This document shows, piece by piece, positions 1-9,131 of a stretch of DNA of 46,196 nt. The stretch is from assembly GCA_036479435.1 (NCBI GenBank), contig JAZGFI010000027.1, positions 1 through 46,196 on the forward strand, read 5' to 3'. Numbering within the stretch: the stretch's first letter is position 1; each line of letters starts with the position of its first letter. The position numbers were made by a program, and so were the translations under genes. The notes under the pieces are model-generated. The model had not been told where the DNA came from, did not search any database, and saw only the letters and a list, made by a program, of their open reading frames with translations. This stretch comes from Planctomycetota bacterium. GTDB lineage: Bacteria > Planctomycetota > GCA-002687715 > DRQF01.

Positions 1-178
1 GGCATGGCGCTGGGGGCCTGCCGAAACCGGCAAACGCAGGCTGCGCCCAAGCGATGGCTTCGCCATCACTCGGGGCCCCGCAGCTGAGAAGAGAGGCCGA
101 AGTGGAAAGTACAGAAGAGAAGTTACACCACCCCATTCTGAGTGATCCCCTCGTGATGGGCAAATGTATGGTGCGCCC

Positions 179-210
179 TTGACAATGGTCGCTCGATTGG
201 CGTTTAATAT
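179..210 (+). promoter_or_regulatory. putative sigma-70 promoter for the lipoprotein islet
   Basis: Perfect TTGACA at 179-184; TTTAAT at 203-208 (18-nt spacer) or TAATAT at 205-210; about 50 nt upstream of ATG 258. Confidence 0.4.
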
Positions 211-257
211 CTCGGCGTAGCGAGTGGCGATCTGCAACAGGCGAAAGAGTAGACCAA

Positions 258-773
258 ATGCCGAGAGTATTCGCAGGGTTGTTGTGCATATTGACTCTTG
301 GATCTTGCGTGATCCCGATTTCATCTGGACCCAGTGAGACTACTCATATAGTGCTTGGGTTTGGCGTCGTCAAAGTAGCTGAGAGTGATGATGTCGTTGT
401 CACCGACAGCTACGTCTTGGGCGCTCACATTCAGGATGCACCTACCGCACAAGTCGGGCTTGGCTTTTCATCAAGGCTTCAAACTGCAATTAGCGGCAAC
501 AATGCCTTGGTTGAAGTGGCTAAGAAAGACGGAAACCTCACAATTAGAACTATATTTTTTTCAGAGAAGAAGGATGGACTCTATGAAAGTCAGATTCGCA
601 AGACGGCGGCAAGATCGTGCATGGGTGTTTGCCCTTGTTGTGGTTTTCCTGTGGATGCCAGCGGGGTGCGCAGCCAACCGCCACGCAGTGATTGCTTCTA
701 CGGGAACCACCATCGGACTGGAAGTAAGCCAAAATCCGACGAACCAGATCCCGGAAGCGAAGTTAGGCTATAA
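258..773 (+). CDS. hypothetical lipoprotein; probably truly ends at TGA 584-586 (frameshift in T7 run at 555-561)
   Basis: Signal peptide with lipobox LGSC and beta-rich first ~100 aa; the remaining tail overlaps the next gene by ~190 nt and looks non-coding. Confidence 0.6.
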   Translation: MPRVFAGLLCILTLGSCVIPISSGPSETTHIVLGFGVVKVAESDDVVVTDSYVLGAHIQDAPTAQVGLGFSSRLQTAISGNNALVEVAKKDGNLTIRTIFFSEKKDGLYESQIRKTAARSCMGVCPCCGFPVDASGVRSQPPRSDCFYGNHHRTGSKPKSDEPDPGSEVRL

Positions 774-1254
774 CCGCGCCGAGTTTGCCTATGTGCCTAC
801 GAATCGTTCAACGAATGCAGATCCAGGCCGCGTTGGAGAGGGAGCTAAGGACTCTGCAAACGTCTTGATGGAGCTGAAGTACTCAAACATCTTCGGGGGC
901 GACGGCTCTGGAATTTATCAACGGCTCGCGGTCGGAGACATTGCTGTAAAACAGCCCGGAGCGACGCTAATGTTCCTACGAGACGTCCAGGGAACGGTAG
1001 GCTCGAACGCGGCGCCGGCCGTGGTAGCTGCGTTGGAAGGCGTTGAGGTTCTTGAGACAAACCAGGACCTCGTCGAGTTGGCGCGACAATTCAGCAAATC
1101 CACGACCACGGAGCAAGGAAACTGGGATGCGGCCGCCAAGAAACTGGGGTTTGATGGATTCGGTGGCTTTCTCACGAAGCCATCAAAAGAACAGATTGAA
1201 TCTATGAAGAAAGAACTCGTCAAGTCTAAGCTAATTGCAAAGCAAGGATCATAG
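583..1254 (+). CDS. hypothetical lipoprotein (start 574 or 583, not 385)
   Basis: Basic N-region, hydrophobic H-region, lipobox PAGC; purine-rich AGAAGAAGGA upstream. Confidence 0.75.
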   Translation: MKVRFARRRQDRAWVFALVVVFLWMPAGCAANRHAVIASTGTTIGLEVSQNPTNQIPEAKLGYNRAEFAYVPTNRSTNADPGRVGEGAKDSANVLMELKYSNIFGGDGSGIYQRLAVGDIAVKQPGATLMFLRDVQGTVGSNAAPAVVAALEGVEVLETNQDLVELARQFSKSTTTEQGNWDAAAKKLGFDGFGGFLTKPSKEQIESMKKELVKSKLIAKQGS

Positions 1255-1258
1255 AGCC

Positions 1259-1438
1259 ATGGCATCAAACACATCGCCAATCAACACCCAAACCAAGGTC
1301 AAGAAGATCAAAATCGACAAGAACTTGGCAAAAAACATATCGGGAGGTGCCGATATCATGGGCGCCAAGGGCTATCTATTGCGCTCTTCATTCACGTTGG
1401 ATGACAAGGTTATTTTGATCTTCCAAAGAACCCGATAG
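1259..1438 (+). CDS. small basic hypothetical protein (59 aa)
   Basis: ATG 5 nt after the upstream stop; protein-like C-terminus GYLLRSSFTLDDKVILIFQR. Confidence 0.6.
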   Translation: MASNTSPINTQTKVKKIKIDKNLAKNISGGADIMGAKGYLLRSSFTLDDKVILIFQRTR

Positions 1439-1557
1439 GCGATAGAAGGTCGAGATCAATCGTTTTTTAGGTGCCGCTTAACCTCCTGATGCCAGCGGCA
1501 AGGAGGCATTGCAGCGTACCGCGGCTCTCAACCAACAATAGTTGAACCCGGCAAGCT

Positions 1558-2349
1558 CTACTGGAGTTTCTTGAAGGCTAAGAGCGCCGTGTCGAGGGCG
1601 GCGTCTTCGGCGGGGACCTTGCGGTCCTTGGCTACGAAGTTGCCGTGGGGGCGTTCGGCGAACACCGTGCAGATGGCGCCGACGCGGTAGTCTTTGAGGG
1701 CGGCCATGGTCAACAAGGCGCTCGTTTCCATCTCGAGGTTCTTGACGTTCATGGCGGCCAGTTCGTCGATGAGGTTGGGGAAGCGGGGGGTGAAGCCGGA
1801 ATCCTGGCGGCACTGGGCCCCGTAGAAGCCGGGGGCGGTGGCGGTGATGCCGAGGTGATGGCGCTTGCCCAGTTCGACCGCGGCATCGCGGAGGGCGGCG
1901 ACGACTTCGAAGTGAGCGACGGCCGGATAGCCCTCGTGGACGAAGTAGGTGGTCGTGTTTTCTAAGCGGACAGCGCCGGTGGAGATTACGAGGTCTTCGA
2001 GTCGCATGTAGTCTTGGAGGCCACCGCAAGTTCCCACTCGAATGAGAATTGGGTTCTCAACAATTTGGGACAGCTCGACCATCGCGATTTCGGTGTTGTC
2101 GGCACCCATGCCGGTCGCCATGACCGAAATTTCCATCCCCTGGTAAGTGCCAGTGAAAGTGACGTACTCGCGGTTGCGCTTTTCGGTGCGGATCGAGCCT
2201 TCGTCGAAACGTTTGGCTAGTCTTTCGGCCCGAGCGGCGTCGCCCACCGTGAGGATGTTGGTGGCCAGTTCGCCGGGGGCAAGCCCGATGTGATATTGAC
2301 GACCGGTGGTGTCTTCGACGCGATCGGCCGATTTGAATTCGTTGCTCAA
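1558..2349 (-). CDS. udp: uridine phosphorylase (PNP/UDP family)
   Basis: YHIGL...VGD..R, REYVTFTG, IRVGTCG, GAVRLENTT, FYGAQCR and NLEMET motifs; TTG start overlaps deoC stop. Confidence 0.88.
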   Translation of the reverse strand: MSNEFKSADRVEDTTGRQYHIGLAPGELATNILTVGDAARAERLAKRFDEGSIRTEKRNREYVTFTGTYQGMEISVMATGMGADNTEIAMVELSQIVENPILIRVGTCGGLQDYMRLEDLVISTGAVRLENTTTYFVHEGYPAVAHFEVVAALRDAAVELGKRHHLGITATAPGFYGAQCRQDSGFTPRFPNLIDELAAMNVKNLEMETSALLTMAALKDYRVGAICTVFAERPHGNFVAKDRKVPAEDAALDTALLAFKKLQ

Positions 2350-3089
2350 GCTGAAAACTCCTTCATGATCGCAAGGCCCGAACTGGTGCCGATGCGCGTG
2401 GCTCCGGCCTGCACCATTTCGACGAGAGTCTCGAAATCGCGGATGCCGCCCGAAGCCTTGACGCCCAAGCGGTCGCCGACGACGCGGCGCATGCTAGAGA
2501 CGGCCTCGATCGTAGCCCCGCCGGGGCCAAAGCCCGTCGAAGTCTTGACGAAATCGGCGCCAGCGTCCATCGCGAGGCGGCAGGCGCGCTCGACACTCTC
2601 GAGGTCCCAGTAAGCCGTTTCCAAGATGACTTTGACGAGGTGACCGGGCTCGCGCTCGGCGACCACGGCGGCGATCTCGTCTTGGACCGCCGCTTGATCG
2701 CCCGCCGCGAAGCGTCCCAAGCTCATCACCATGTCGAGCTCGGAGGCGCCTTGCTCTTGGGCGAGGCGCGCCGCGGTGGCTTTCGTGGCGGAAAGGTCGG
2801 CGCCGTGCGGAAAACCAATCACCGTAGCGACCGCCGTCGACGAGCCCTCAAGTCGTAGATGAGCTCTCGCCACCCAAACCGGGGATACACAAACCGCGGC
2901 AAAATCATGTTCGAGGGCTTCATCGCAGAGGCGGTCGATTTCGTCCGGCATAGCGCAGGGCGCAAGATGAGTGTGGTCGATCAGACGATTGGGCTCAGCA
3001 ACTTCGCTGGCTTCGATCGGACTTCCCAAGGGGTCGGTCAATTTCAACTCCTCACAAGACTGTAAAGCCGGACGGGCGTCATCTATCAT
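2346..3089 (-). CDS. deoC: deoxyribose-phosphate aldolase
   Basis: IDHT, ATVIGFPHG, ELDMV, VKVILET, ADFVKTSTGF, VKASGGIR, RIGTSS. Confidence 0.96.
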   Translation of the reverse strand: MIDDARPALQSCEELKLTDPLGSPIEASEVAEPNRLIDHTHLAPCAMPDEIDRLCDEALEHDFAAVCVSPVWVARAHLRLEGSSTAVATVIGFPHGADLSATKATAARLAQEQGASELDMVMSLGRFAAGDQAAVQDEIAAVVAEREPGHLVKVILETAYWDLESVERACRLAMDAGADFVKTSTGFGPGGATIEAVSSMRRVVGDRLGVKASGGIRDFETLVEMVQAGATRIGTSSGLAIMKEFSA

Positions 3090-3184
3090 AACGCCGCGAC
3101 GAACAAGAGAAGCGGTGTTTTCGCATCCGAGTACGAGCAGATTGGCTCCGCGGCCGCTCTTGAGGGAAGACCAGGACTCAATAA

Positions 3185-4165
3185 ATGCCCGACATGCTGC
3201 GACGTTTCTTCGCCAGCTTGGCTCCTTTTGCCGCCCCCCTCCTCTTTTTGGCCATGCTAGTTGATTTCGGCTTGTCCCGCTGCCTTGCCTTTTTGAGGCG
3301 AATCGACCTTGGCGAACGTTGGGAGAAGCTGACGGAGTTCCAGTCGAGTTGGGGGCCTTTTTTCGAACAGGTCCTGCTCATGACCGCAGGCTTGGCCCTC
3401 GTGCTCTTGGTGCCGGGTCTGTTGCGCACCCGACGAAGCCTCAAATCGGGCCTTTACCGACTTCTTTGTCTCGGCTCTTTATTGATGCTCGGATTGAGTG
3501 TGCTCCGCCAAGCTTTGGGCGGCCATCAACTCTTGGCCGCTCAAGACCTGTTGCTACTGATCGGCTTCGCCATTTCGGCAACTCTCATTCTCGCCGCTAG
3601 AAAGACCGGCCGCGAAAGTCTGCTGGTGATCGTCATCATCATGGCCACGAGCCTGCCGCAGCTTTGGCGACTTTGTTTTGACCTCGCCGGCGCCGAAGTC
3701 CCGGAGGGGGGAGCTTTAGATGGGCTGCGCGGCTTCGCCGACGGCGCGGTCTTGATCGCCATGGCCTCCCTTACTTTGATCTCGGTCTTGCACCGCAACT
3801 TTCGCGCGCTCGCCATCGCCGCGGTAGTCTCAGCGCCCTTTGCTTGGGTGGCCTTCAGCTACTTCGAACCGCTACGCCAAGTCCTTTCCCCGGTCACCGG
3901 TATCTGGCTCAGCGCTTTCCCCGACGCCATCGTCGGCATCTTGTTGTCTTTGGGATGCGTGGGGGGGCTCGCCTTGTGGATCGGCGCTTTTGGCAAAAAG
4001 GGCTCAGCCTCTTTGGCCCTGGGGCTGACCCTCATTTTCTTGGCGGGTTTCCTTACGGTTGAGAGTCGACATTTCTTGGCGTTGTGGGCGGGCCTTGTCA
4101 TCTGCGCCCGTTGGGCTGAAGACGGCAGCGACGCCGCCGCGCGAATTCACAAGCTGTTTGAGTAA
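3185..4165 (+). CDS. hypothetical polytopic membrane protein
   Basis: 326-aa ORF with roughly 9-10 hydrophobic segments; fills the gap between flanking genes. Confidence 0.7.
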   Translation: MPDMLRRFFASLAPFAAPLLFLAMLVDFGLSRCLAFLRRIDLGERWEKLTEFQSSWGPFFEQVLLMTAGLALVLLVPGLLRTRRSLKSGLYRLLCLGSLLMLGLSVLRQALGGHQLLAAQDLLLLIGFAISATLILAARKTGRESLLVIVIIMATSLPQLWRLCFDLAGAEVPEGGALDGLRGFADGAVLIAMASLTLISVLHRNFRALAIAAVVSAPFAWVAFSYFEPLRQVLSPVTGIWLSAFPDAIVGILLSLGCVGGLALWIGAFGKKGSASLALGLTLIFLAGFLTVESRHFLALWAGLVICARWAEDGSDAAARIHKLFE

Positions 4166-4187
4166 GTCGGGGCGAGCTAACGTTCGG

Positions 4188-4643
4188 CTAGGACGGAAAG
4201 GCGTCGCCGGCGGCATCCAGCAGGTCTGTTACGTCTTCGACTTGGTCCAGCACGTTAGAGGTGACCAAGAACTCGCACTCGCTTTTGATGGCCAAAATCA
4301 TCGCGTCGCTCGCGCGCGAATCGAGCCGGAGAACTTGGCGCTCGCCTTCACTCGAACCGCGAAATTCTTGACTCAAAAAGACCGTCGCGCAAAACGTGTT
4401 GTCGACGATGCTCGAGATGACCACCTGGTCAACGCGGATGTCGAAGCCGCCAATGATGTTCATCAGCAAGTCGTGAGCTAAAGGACGGCGGGGTTTACTG
4501 TCTTTGAGATCGCGGTAAATCGTGAAGGCTTCGGCATGGCCCACGAAGATCAAAAAGACCTTGCTGGCGGTCTTCACGACCACGGCAAATTCTTCGCTAG
4601 TTGAGGCGATGACGCGTATGACGCGGGCTGGTGTGAGTTCCAT
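4188..4643 (-). CDS. bifunctional nuclease (DUF151/BFN) domain protein
   Basis: IFVGHAEA, PRRPLAHDLL, DNTFCAT, LDSRASDAMILA motifs. Confidence 0.88.
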   Translation of the reverse strand: MELTPARVIRVIASTSEEFAVVVKTASKVFLIFVGHAEAFTIYRDLKDSKPRRPLAHDLLMNIIGGFDIRVDQVVISSIVDNTFCATVFLSQEFRGSSEGERQVLRLDSRASDAMILAIKSECEFLVTSNVLDQVEDVTDLLDAAGDAFPS

Positions 4644-4689
4644 GTTTCGACCCCCATGAACATCCGGGATCTTACTCGATGAACGGCTC

Positions 4690-5853
4690 TTATGTATTCA
4701 CTCGACGAACGTGGTTCCACGCGGCCAAAGTCTGCTCGATCGCAAAGTCGATGTCGGACTCGCTATGGCCCGGAGCCAGCGAAAACCGGACCGCCCCGTG
4801 GATGTAGTCGTTTGGCACCCCCATGCCGAGCAACACCGGCGATGGACCGGGATCAGAAGCGCTGCAGGCACTGCCACTCGAGACGTCGATGCCTTTTTGA
4901 GAGAGAGTCAGAACGATAGCGATGCCTTCAATGCCGTGGAAACAAACATTGAGCGTATTCTCGATGCGCGGCGCGCCGCCGCCGTTTACCAGAAGCTTTT
5001 CTCCTGCGGCTTGAACGCCACTTTGCAATCCAAGCTGAAGACGGTCTCGCTGGCGACCAATCTCGACGGCGTGAGCGGCCCACTGTTGATGCGAGTAGTC
5101 GAGGGCCACCGCCATTCCAACCACACTGGCCAAGTTCTCGGTGCCGGATCGTTTGCCACCCTCTTGGTGTCCGCCCCAAAACAGGGGGCGGATTCGGGTG
5201 CCACGCCGGACAATAAGACCGCCGACTCCTTTAGAGGCACCGAACTTGTGGCCCCCGAAAGACAAAAGATCAATGGGGTGATCCCGCATTAGCTGGGGCT
5301 CTTTGCCCGCAAGCTGAACGGCATCAACGTGAAAGGGGACTCCTTTTGATCGAGCCAATTCACCGATCACATCGATGTCGAAGCGAACCCCGGTTTCGTT
5401 GTTGGCCCCGATCAAAGAAAGCAGAGCCGTATCATCGTTGAGAGCCGCCGCGACGCTACCCGGGTCCAGAACTCCGTCGCCATCCACCGGCAGCCGCAGG
5501 ACCTCGTAGCCCTCGCGCTCGAGTCGGTCCACGATGTCGAGACTCACCGGGTGCTCTGTCACCGACGTCACAATGCGCATCTTGCCGGGACGCGACGCCA
5601 AGACGCCACGAATCGCCCAGTTGATGGACTCCGTCGCCCCGCTCGTAAAAGTGAGTTCAGCGGGCCTGGCGCCGAAGGTCGCTGCGATCTGGGCTCGCGC
5701 GTTTTCTAAGGCCACCCTCGCGTGCTCGCCGGGTTCATGTCGACTTGAGGGATTCGCGGAGAGCTCGCGAAAAAACGGCATCATGGCCTCAATGGCGACT
5801 TCGGGCATCGGGCTGGTCGCGTTGTGGTCGAGATAAAGTCGAGCGCGCGTCAT
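4690..5853 (-). CDS. iscS: cysteine desulfurase, NifS/IscS family
   Basis: YLDHNATSP, FTSGATES, ANNETG, HVDAVQ, GHKFG (PLP Lys), SGSAC (catalytic Cys). Confidence 0.93.
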   Translation of the reverse strand: MTRARLYLDHNATSPMPEVAIEAMMPFFRELSANPSSRHEPGEHARVALENARAQIAATFGARPAELTFTSGATESINWAIRGVLASRPGKMRIVTSVTEHPVSLDIVDRLEREGYEVLRLPVDGDGVLDPGSVAAALNDDTALLSLIGANNETGVRFDIDVIGELARSKGVPFHVDAVQLAGKEPQLMRDHPIDLLSFGGHKFGASKGVGGLIVRRGTRIRPLFWGGHQEGGKRSGTENLASVVGMAVALDYSHQQWAAHAVEIGRQRDRLQLGLQSGVQAAGEKLLVNGGGAPRIENTLNVCFHGIEGIAIVLTLSQKGIDVSSGSACSASDPGPSPVLLGMGVPNDYIHGAVRFSLAPGHSESDIDFAIEQTLAAWNHVRRVNT

Positions 5854-6092
5854 CCGCCGAACAGCCTCTTCAGCGCCTCAAATACTCCGCCGGCTTTACG
5901 GCTCGCAGCTGCTTCCGCAAGGAGAGTTTCGATCTCAGGGTGGCAGCTCTTGCAACCCGTGCCGGCATCACAAGCTTCCATGACCTGCTCGATGCGCCGC
6001 GCCTTGATGTCCGAGATGCACTCGCGCACCCGACCGTAATTCACGTTACGGCAGTAGCAGAGCATCTTCGTGTCGGGACTTTTTTCACTCAT
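5850..6092 (-). CDS. BFD-like [2Fe-2S] protein
   Basis: CYC...AGTGCKSC motif; ATGA overlap with the desulfurase; start likely MSEKSP at 6092. Confidence 0.85.
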   Translation of the reverse strand: MSEKSPDTKMLCYCRNVNYGRVRECISDIKARRIEQVMEACDAGTGCKSCHPEIETLLAEAAASRKAGGVFEALKRLFGG

Positions 6093-6126
6093 GAGCTGGC
6101 AGGGTAACACAGGAACAAGCGCATTC

Positions 6127-7245
6127 TCACCGGGCCAATGAGCTCGAAAGACGAATCAAAAAAGACGCTACGAACTGGCAAAGCATGACGGGCGGCCAAC
6201 TTGCTGCGGGCGGAGATTCCGCGATCTTGGCCGAGGATGAACTGGAAGCGCCGGAAATCATCTCGAAGGTACGCCGAGGGGCCGCGAACGCCGTCGCTCG
6301 GGTCTTAATCGGGCCGTCCGAACGAGCCGCGATAACGCGCAGCAAGGGCACCTGTTCTTGCTTCAGTGCTTGCCTCAGTTCGCTAGAAATCTGCCGGCCG
6401 CCGCGATCAAAAGCAACGGCCCGCCATCCCGGGCCCGCAAGGTCCGGCCCCACGGACGCCGCCGCGCGACTGAACAAGTCTTGCCCCTCGCGACCGTCAA
6501 ACACCAAGACTAGTTGTTTCCGGCTGAGTTTCTCAGGCCACTGCGTGCCGATATCGACAACGCCCCAAAGCTGCTCGTCTTTTCTGCGAATGGCCTCCAA
6601 AAACTCAAATCCCTCCGCAGAGCCAAACACCCAGACAAACTCTAAGGTCGGCCAAAGCCTTCGAACCTCACTGCCCTTGGAAAAATTGGCGACAAAAGAC
6701 CGCGCGAGCTCCACCATCGCCGCCTGGGCGGTGAGAAGGTAGACGGATTCTGAAGAGTGTGCGGGCTGTGTTTGACCGTAGGTGATGACAAACTTCGCCG
6801 CCGGTCTTTCGCCTTCGATCCTCAGTACAACGAGCTGCGATCCGTCGTCAAGGCCTTGAGTCCTAAGAGTGACGCGCTCGCTGACAAAAGTTTGCCGAAT
6901 GGTCTTTGACTTCAAGGTGAGGTTTTCGAGCAGCTCATAGAGCGCTGCTGCCATCTCGGGCGCATCGGGAGTCAGCCTTCTCTCGGCCGCGGCTTGCTCG
7001 AGGATGAGAGCTCGCTCTTTGACGCGCGGCGAAAACACCTGCACCGCCGCGAGACCCTCCGCGGTCAAGTTTGCTTTGGGGTCGAGCCGAAAAGTCGAAG
7101 CCGCAAGCAAAGCGTCGCCTGAGGAATTTTGCGTGGAGGGCGGCCCACATCCAAGGCACAGCAGGATGGTGGCCACAAGCAGCAAAGAACTCGGCATCAA
7201 CGGCTGGCCATCGCCAAAAACTCGGACGCAAAACGCGAACTGCAT
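6127..7245 (-). CDS. hypothetical lipoprotein with a degenerate M28 peptidase-like core
   Basis: Signal with lipobox-like LGC (start likely MPSS at 7197); segments AAMVELARSF, TLEFVWVFGSAEG and GVVDIG follow the M28 layout without metal ligands. Confidence 0.55.
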   Translation of the reverse strand: MQFAFCVRVFGDGQPLMPSSLLLVATILLCLGCGPPSTQNSSGDALLAASTFRLDPKANLTAEGLAAVQVFSPRVKERALILEQAAAERRLTPDAPEMAAALYELLENLTLKSKTIRQTFVSERVTLRTQGLDDGSQLVVLRIEGERPAAKFVITYGQTQPAHSSESVYLLTAQAAMVELARSFVANFSKGSEVRRLWPTLEFVWVFGSAEGFEFLEAIRRKDEQLWGVVDIGTQWPEKLSRKQLVLVFDGREGQDLFSRAAASVGPDLAGPGWRAVAFDRGGRQISSELRQALKQEQVPLLRVIAARSDGPIKTRATAFAAPRRTFEMISGASSSSSAKIAESPPAASWPPVMLCQFVASFLIRLSSSLAR

Positions 7246-7322
7246 GAATCACTCTATTCCATCAAGAACCAGAAGACACGAGCCTCATCCGGGCGCATGA
7301 CTCGCTGTCGTCTTCAAAGACT

Positions 7323-9131
7323 CTAAACGGGAGCGGCGAAACGCGTGAGCAAAAACTTGCCGTCGGGATGGGCCCGCAGGCCCAATGCCTGTTGATCGAG
7401 GTCTCTAAGGGCCCGCTGCATGCCGCCGCTGCGCTCGGCGGCGGCGAAAAGCGCAATGCGGTTCCAGTGGGCGACAGGGTTCGATGGACGTTCGGCGATC
7501 AAGGTCTCCAAGGCCGCGAGGGCCTCTTCGGACTCACCCGCCAAGGCTTGGGCCGTTGCCAAAGCCAAGCGAAGTTCCCAGGACAAGGGTCTGCGTTGAG
7601 CATCGCCGGCGCCACTTGCCGCCGCGAGCCAACTTCGAGCCTCGGCGATATCGCCCGTTTCAAGCATCAAGGCCGCCGCCGCCAGACGCGCACCGTCGTC
7701 AGCCCGGTCACCCTCAGCTTCACCTTCGGGAGCGGCCGAAACCACCGCTCGGTAGCGCGTCAAAGCCGCAGCCGTGGAGCTGACGCCCTCGAGGGCTCGC
7801 GCCAACATGAGTTGAGCGGCCTCGCGCCGTTGCCACTGAGCGGCGGCCTGGCGGCCAGCCGCGAGTTTTCCAATTTCGCAGTTCGCGTTGAACTCCTCGA
7901 GAATCCGGCGCTCATCCTCAAGCTCTTGCGGACGCCGTGGCCTTGGAGCTTGAGTGGAGAAACTCAAAGCTAAGGGAATGTCACCAAAAGCACCGAGGTC
8001 GCTGAGGCCAAGCTCCAATCGACGCAAAGGACGATGCTTGAGCGCGGGGTCGAAGCCGAGTTCTTTCAGCGCCGAACTGCGAACCACGAGCGCCGACGGT
8101 GCGAGCCCGCCGCGTTCGATCAGCCCCGCGGTGCGTGAGACTTCGTGACCACTGAGCCCAGGTGTTAAGCCGCGGGCTTGTCCCTGATCGTCTACGGCCA
8201 GTACCCGCGATGCGGCGGCCACCCAATCTTCGCGGTGAGCTAAGGCGGCCGCAACGATGCCGATGTGATTGGGAACGAGACGTTCACGACCCTCGTAGAA
8301 CACGCAAAGATCGGTTTCGATGTGTTTCACCGCCTCGGCGTAAGCGGCACCTCGCCCCAGCCCACCGGTCTTCAACAAAGCCGGCTGCGACTCTGCGTAG
8401 GCGGCCAGTCCCCACAGATCTTCTGGCACGGGGTCCTCGCCAACATTCGGATCGGCGTCATCTAAAATCAACACTAATGCGGGCGGCGTGTTCTGACGGA
8501 ACAGCAAGTCCACGACTAAAGGGTTCACTTCGTCGGGATTACCGCGCGCGTAAACGACGGCGGTCACCGAAGCGGCATCATGGCTTGCAAACGCAGGCTC
8601 GCGCCCGGGAGCGTGGCGACGGCCCCAGCCCTGCACGCGATCGGACGAGGAATCTGATAGCCAGCGAAACTCATCAAGAACAGATTCAAGAACTCGCATC
8701 AATTTTCGCTTGGCATTCGACTCCATTTCGGTGTCGATCAAGAACACGCCGTCGTGGACGAGACGAACGATCTGCAATTCGATCTGGGCCAAGAGCTCAC
8801 CTTCGGGAGGCGGGCCCAAGACGACGAGGCTCGCCAGCGCGCCTTCGCTGCGCGACTTGGCGCGTTTGCGACGACGTTTCGCCTCTCGATTGGAGAGCGC
8901 TTCCTCTACGACCCGTGGGTCTAAGCGTCTAATGGGCGCCGCGATGAGGTCGCCAATCTCCTCTTCGAGTGCCATCACCACCGGCTTCGTCGCCAAAAGC
9001 TGAAGCTCCGATGCCGAAGCTGCAATTACTGGCAATAGGTCGCGACGCTGGGTGCCGATGACCACCGTGGGGCCAAATACTTCGCCCATGATGATGGGCA
9101 ACAGCGGCAAGTCATTCGTGTTTGGTTTCAT
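7323..9131 (-). CDS. degenerate GT2-like domain plus C-terminal TPR-like helices
   Basis: VTAVVYARG, LVLILDDAD, GRGAAYAEAV, DLCVFYEGRE; TPR-like ERPSNPVAHWNR; ATG 9131 overlaps the ABC gene TGA. Confidence 0.65.
   Translation of the reverse strand: MKPNTNDLPLLPIIMGEVFGPTVVIGTQRRDLLPVIAASASELQLLATKPVVMALEEEIGDLIAAPIRRLDPRVVEEALSNREAKRRRKRAKSRSEGALASLVVLGPPPEGELLAQIELQIVRLVHDGVFLIDTEMESNAKRKLMRVLESVLDEFRWLSDSSSDRVQGWGRRHAPGREPAFASHDAASVTAVVYARGNPDEVNPLVVDLLFRQNTPPALVLILDDADPNVGEDPVPEDLWGLAAYAESQPALLKTGGLGRGAAYAEAVKHIETDLCVFYEGRERLVPNHIGIVAAALAHREDWVAAASRVLAVDDQGQARGLTPGLSGHEVSRTAGLIERGGLAPSALVVRSSALKELGFDPALKHRPLRRLELGLSDLGAFGDIPLALSFSTQAPRPRRPQELEDERRILEEFNANCEIGKLAAGRQAAAQWQRREAAQLMLARALEGVSSTAAALTRYRAVVSAAPEGEAEGDRADDGARLAAAALMLETGDIAEARSWLAAASGAGDAQRRPLSWELRLALATAQALAGESEEALAALETLIAERPSNPVAHWNRIALFAAAERSGGMQRALRDLDQQALGLRAHPDGKFLLTRFAAPV

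Noticed and set aside
385..573. N-terminal extension of ORF 385..1254
   Set aside because: Overlaps the upstream lipoprotein; the signal peptide and SD point to a start at 574/583
1476..1537. Possible integron attC (GCTTAAC...GTTGAAC) after the lipoprotein islet
   Set aside because: R boxes fit RYYYAAC/GTTRRRY, but there are no complementary L boxes or central stem, and no integrase in the window
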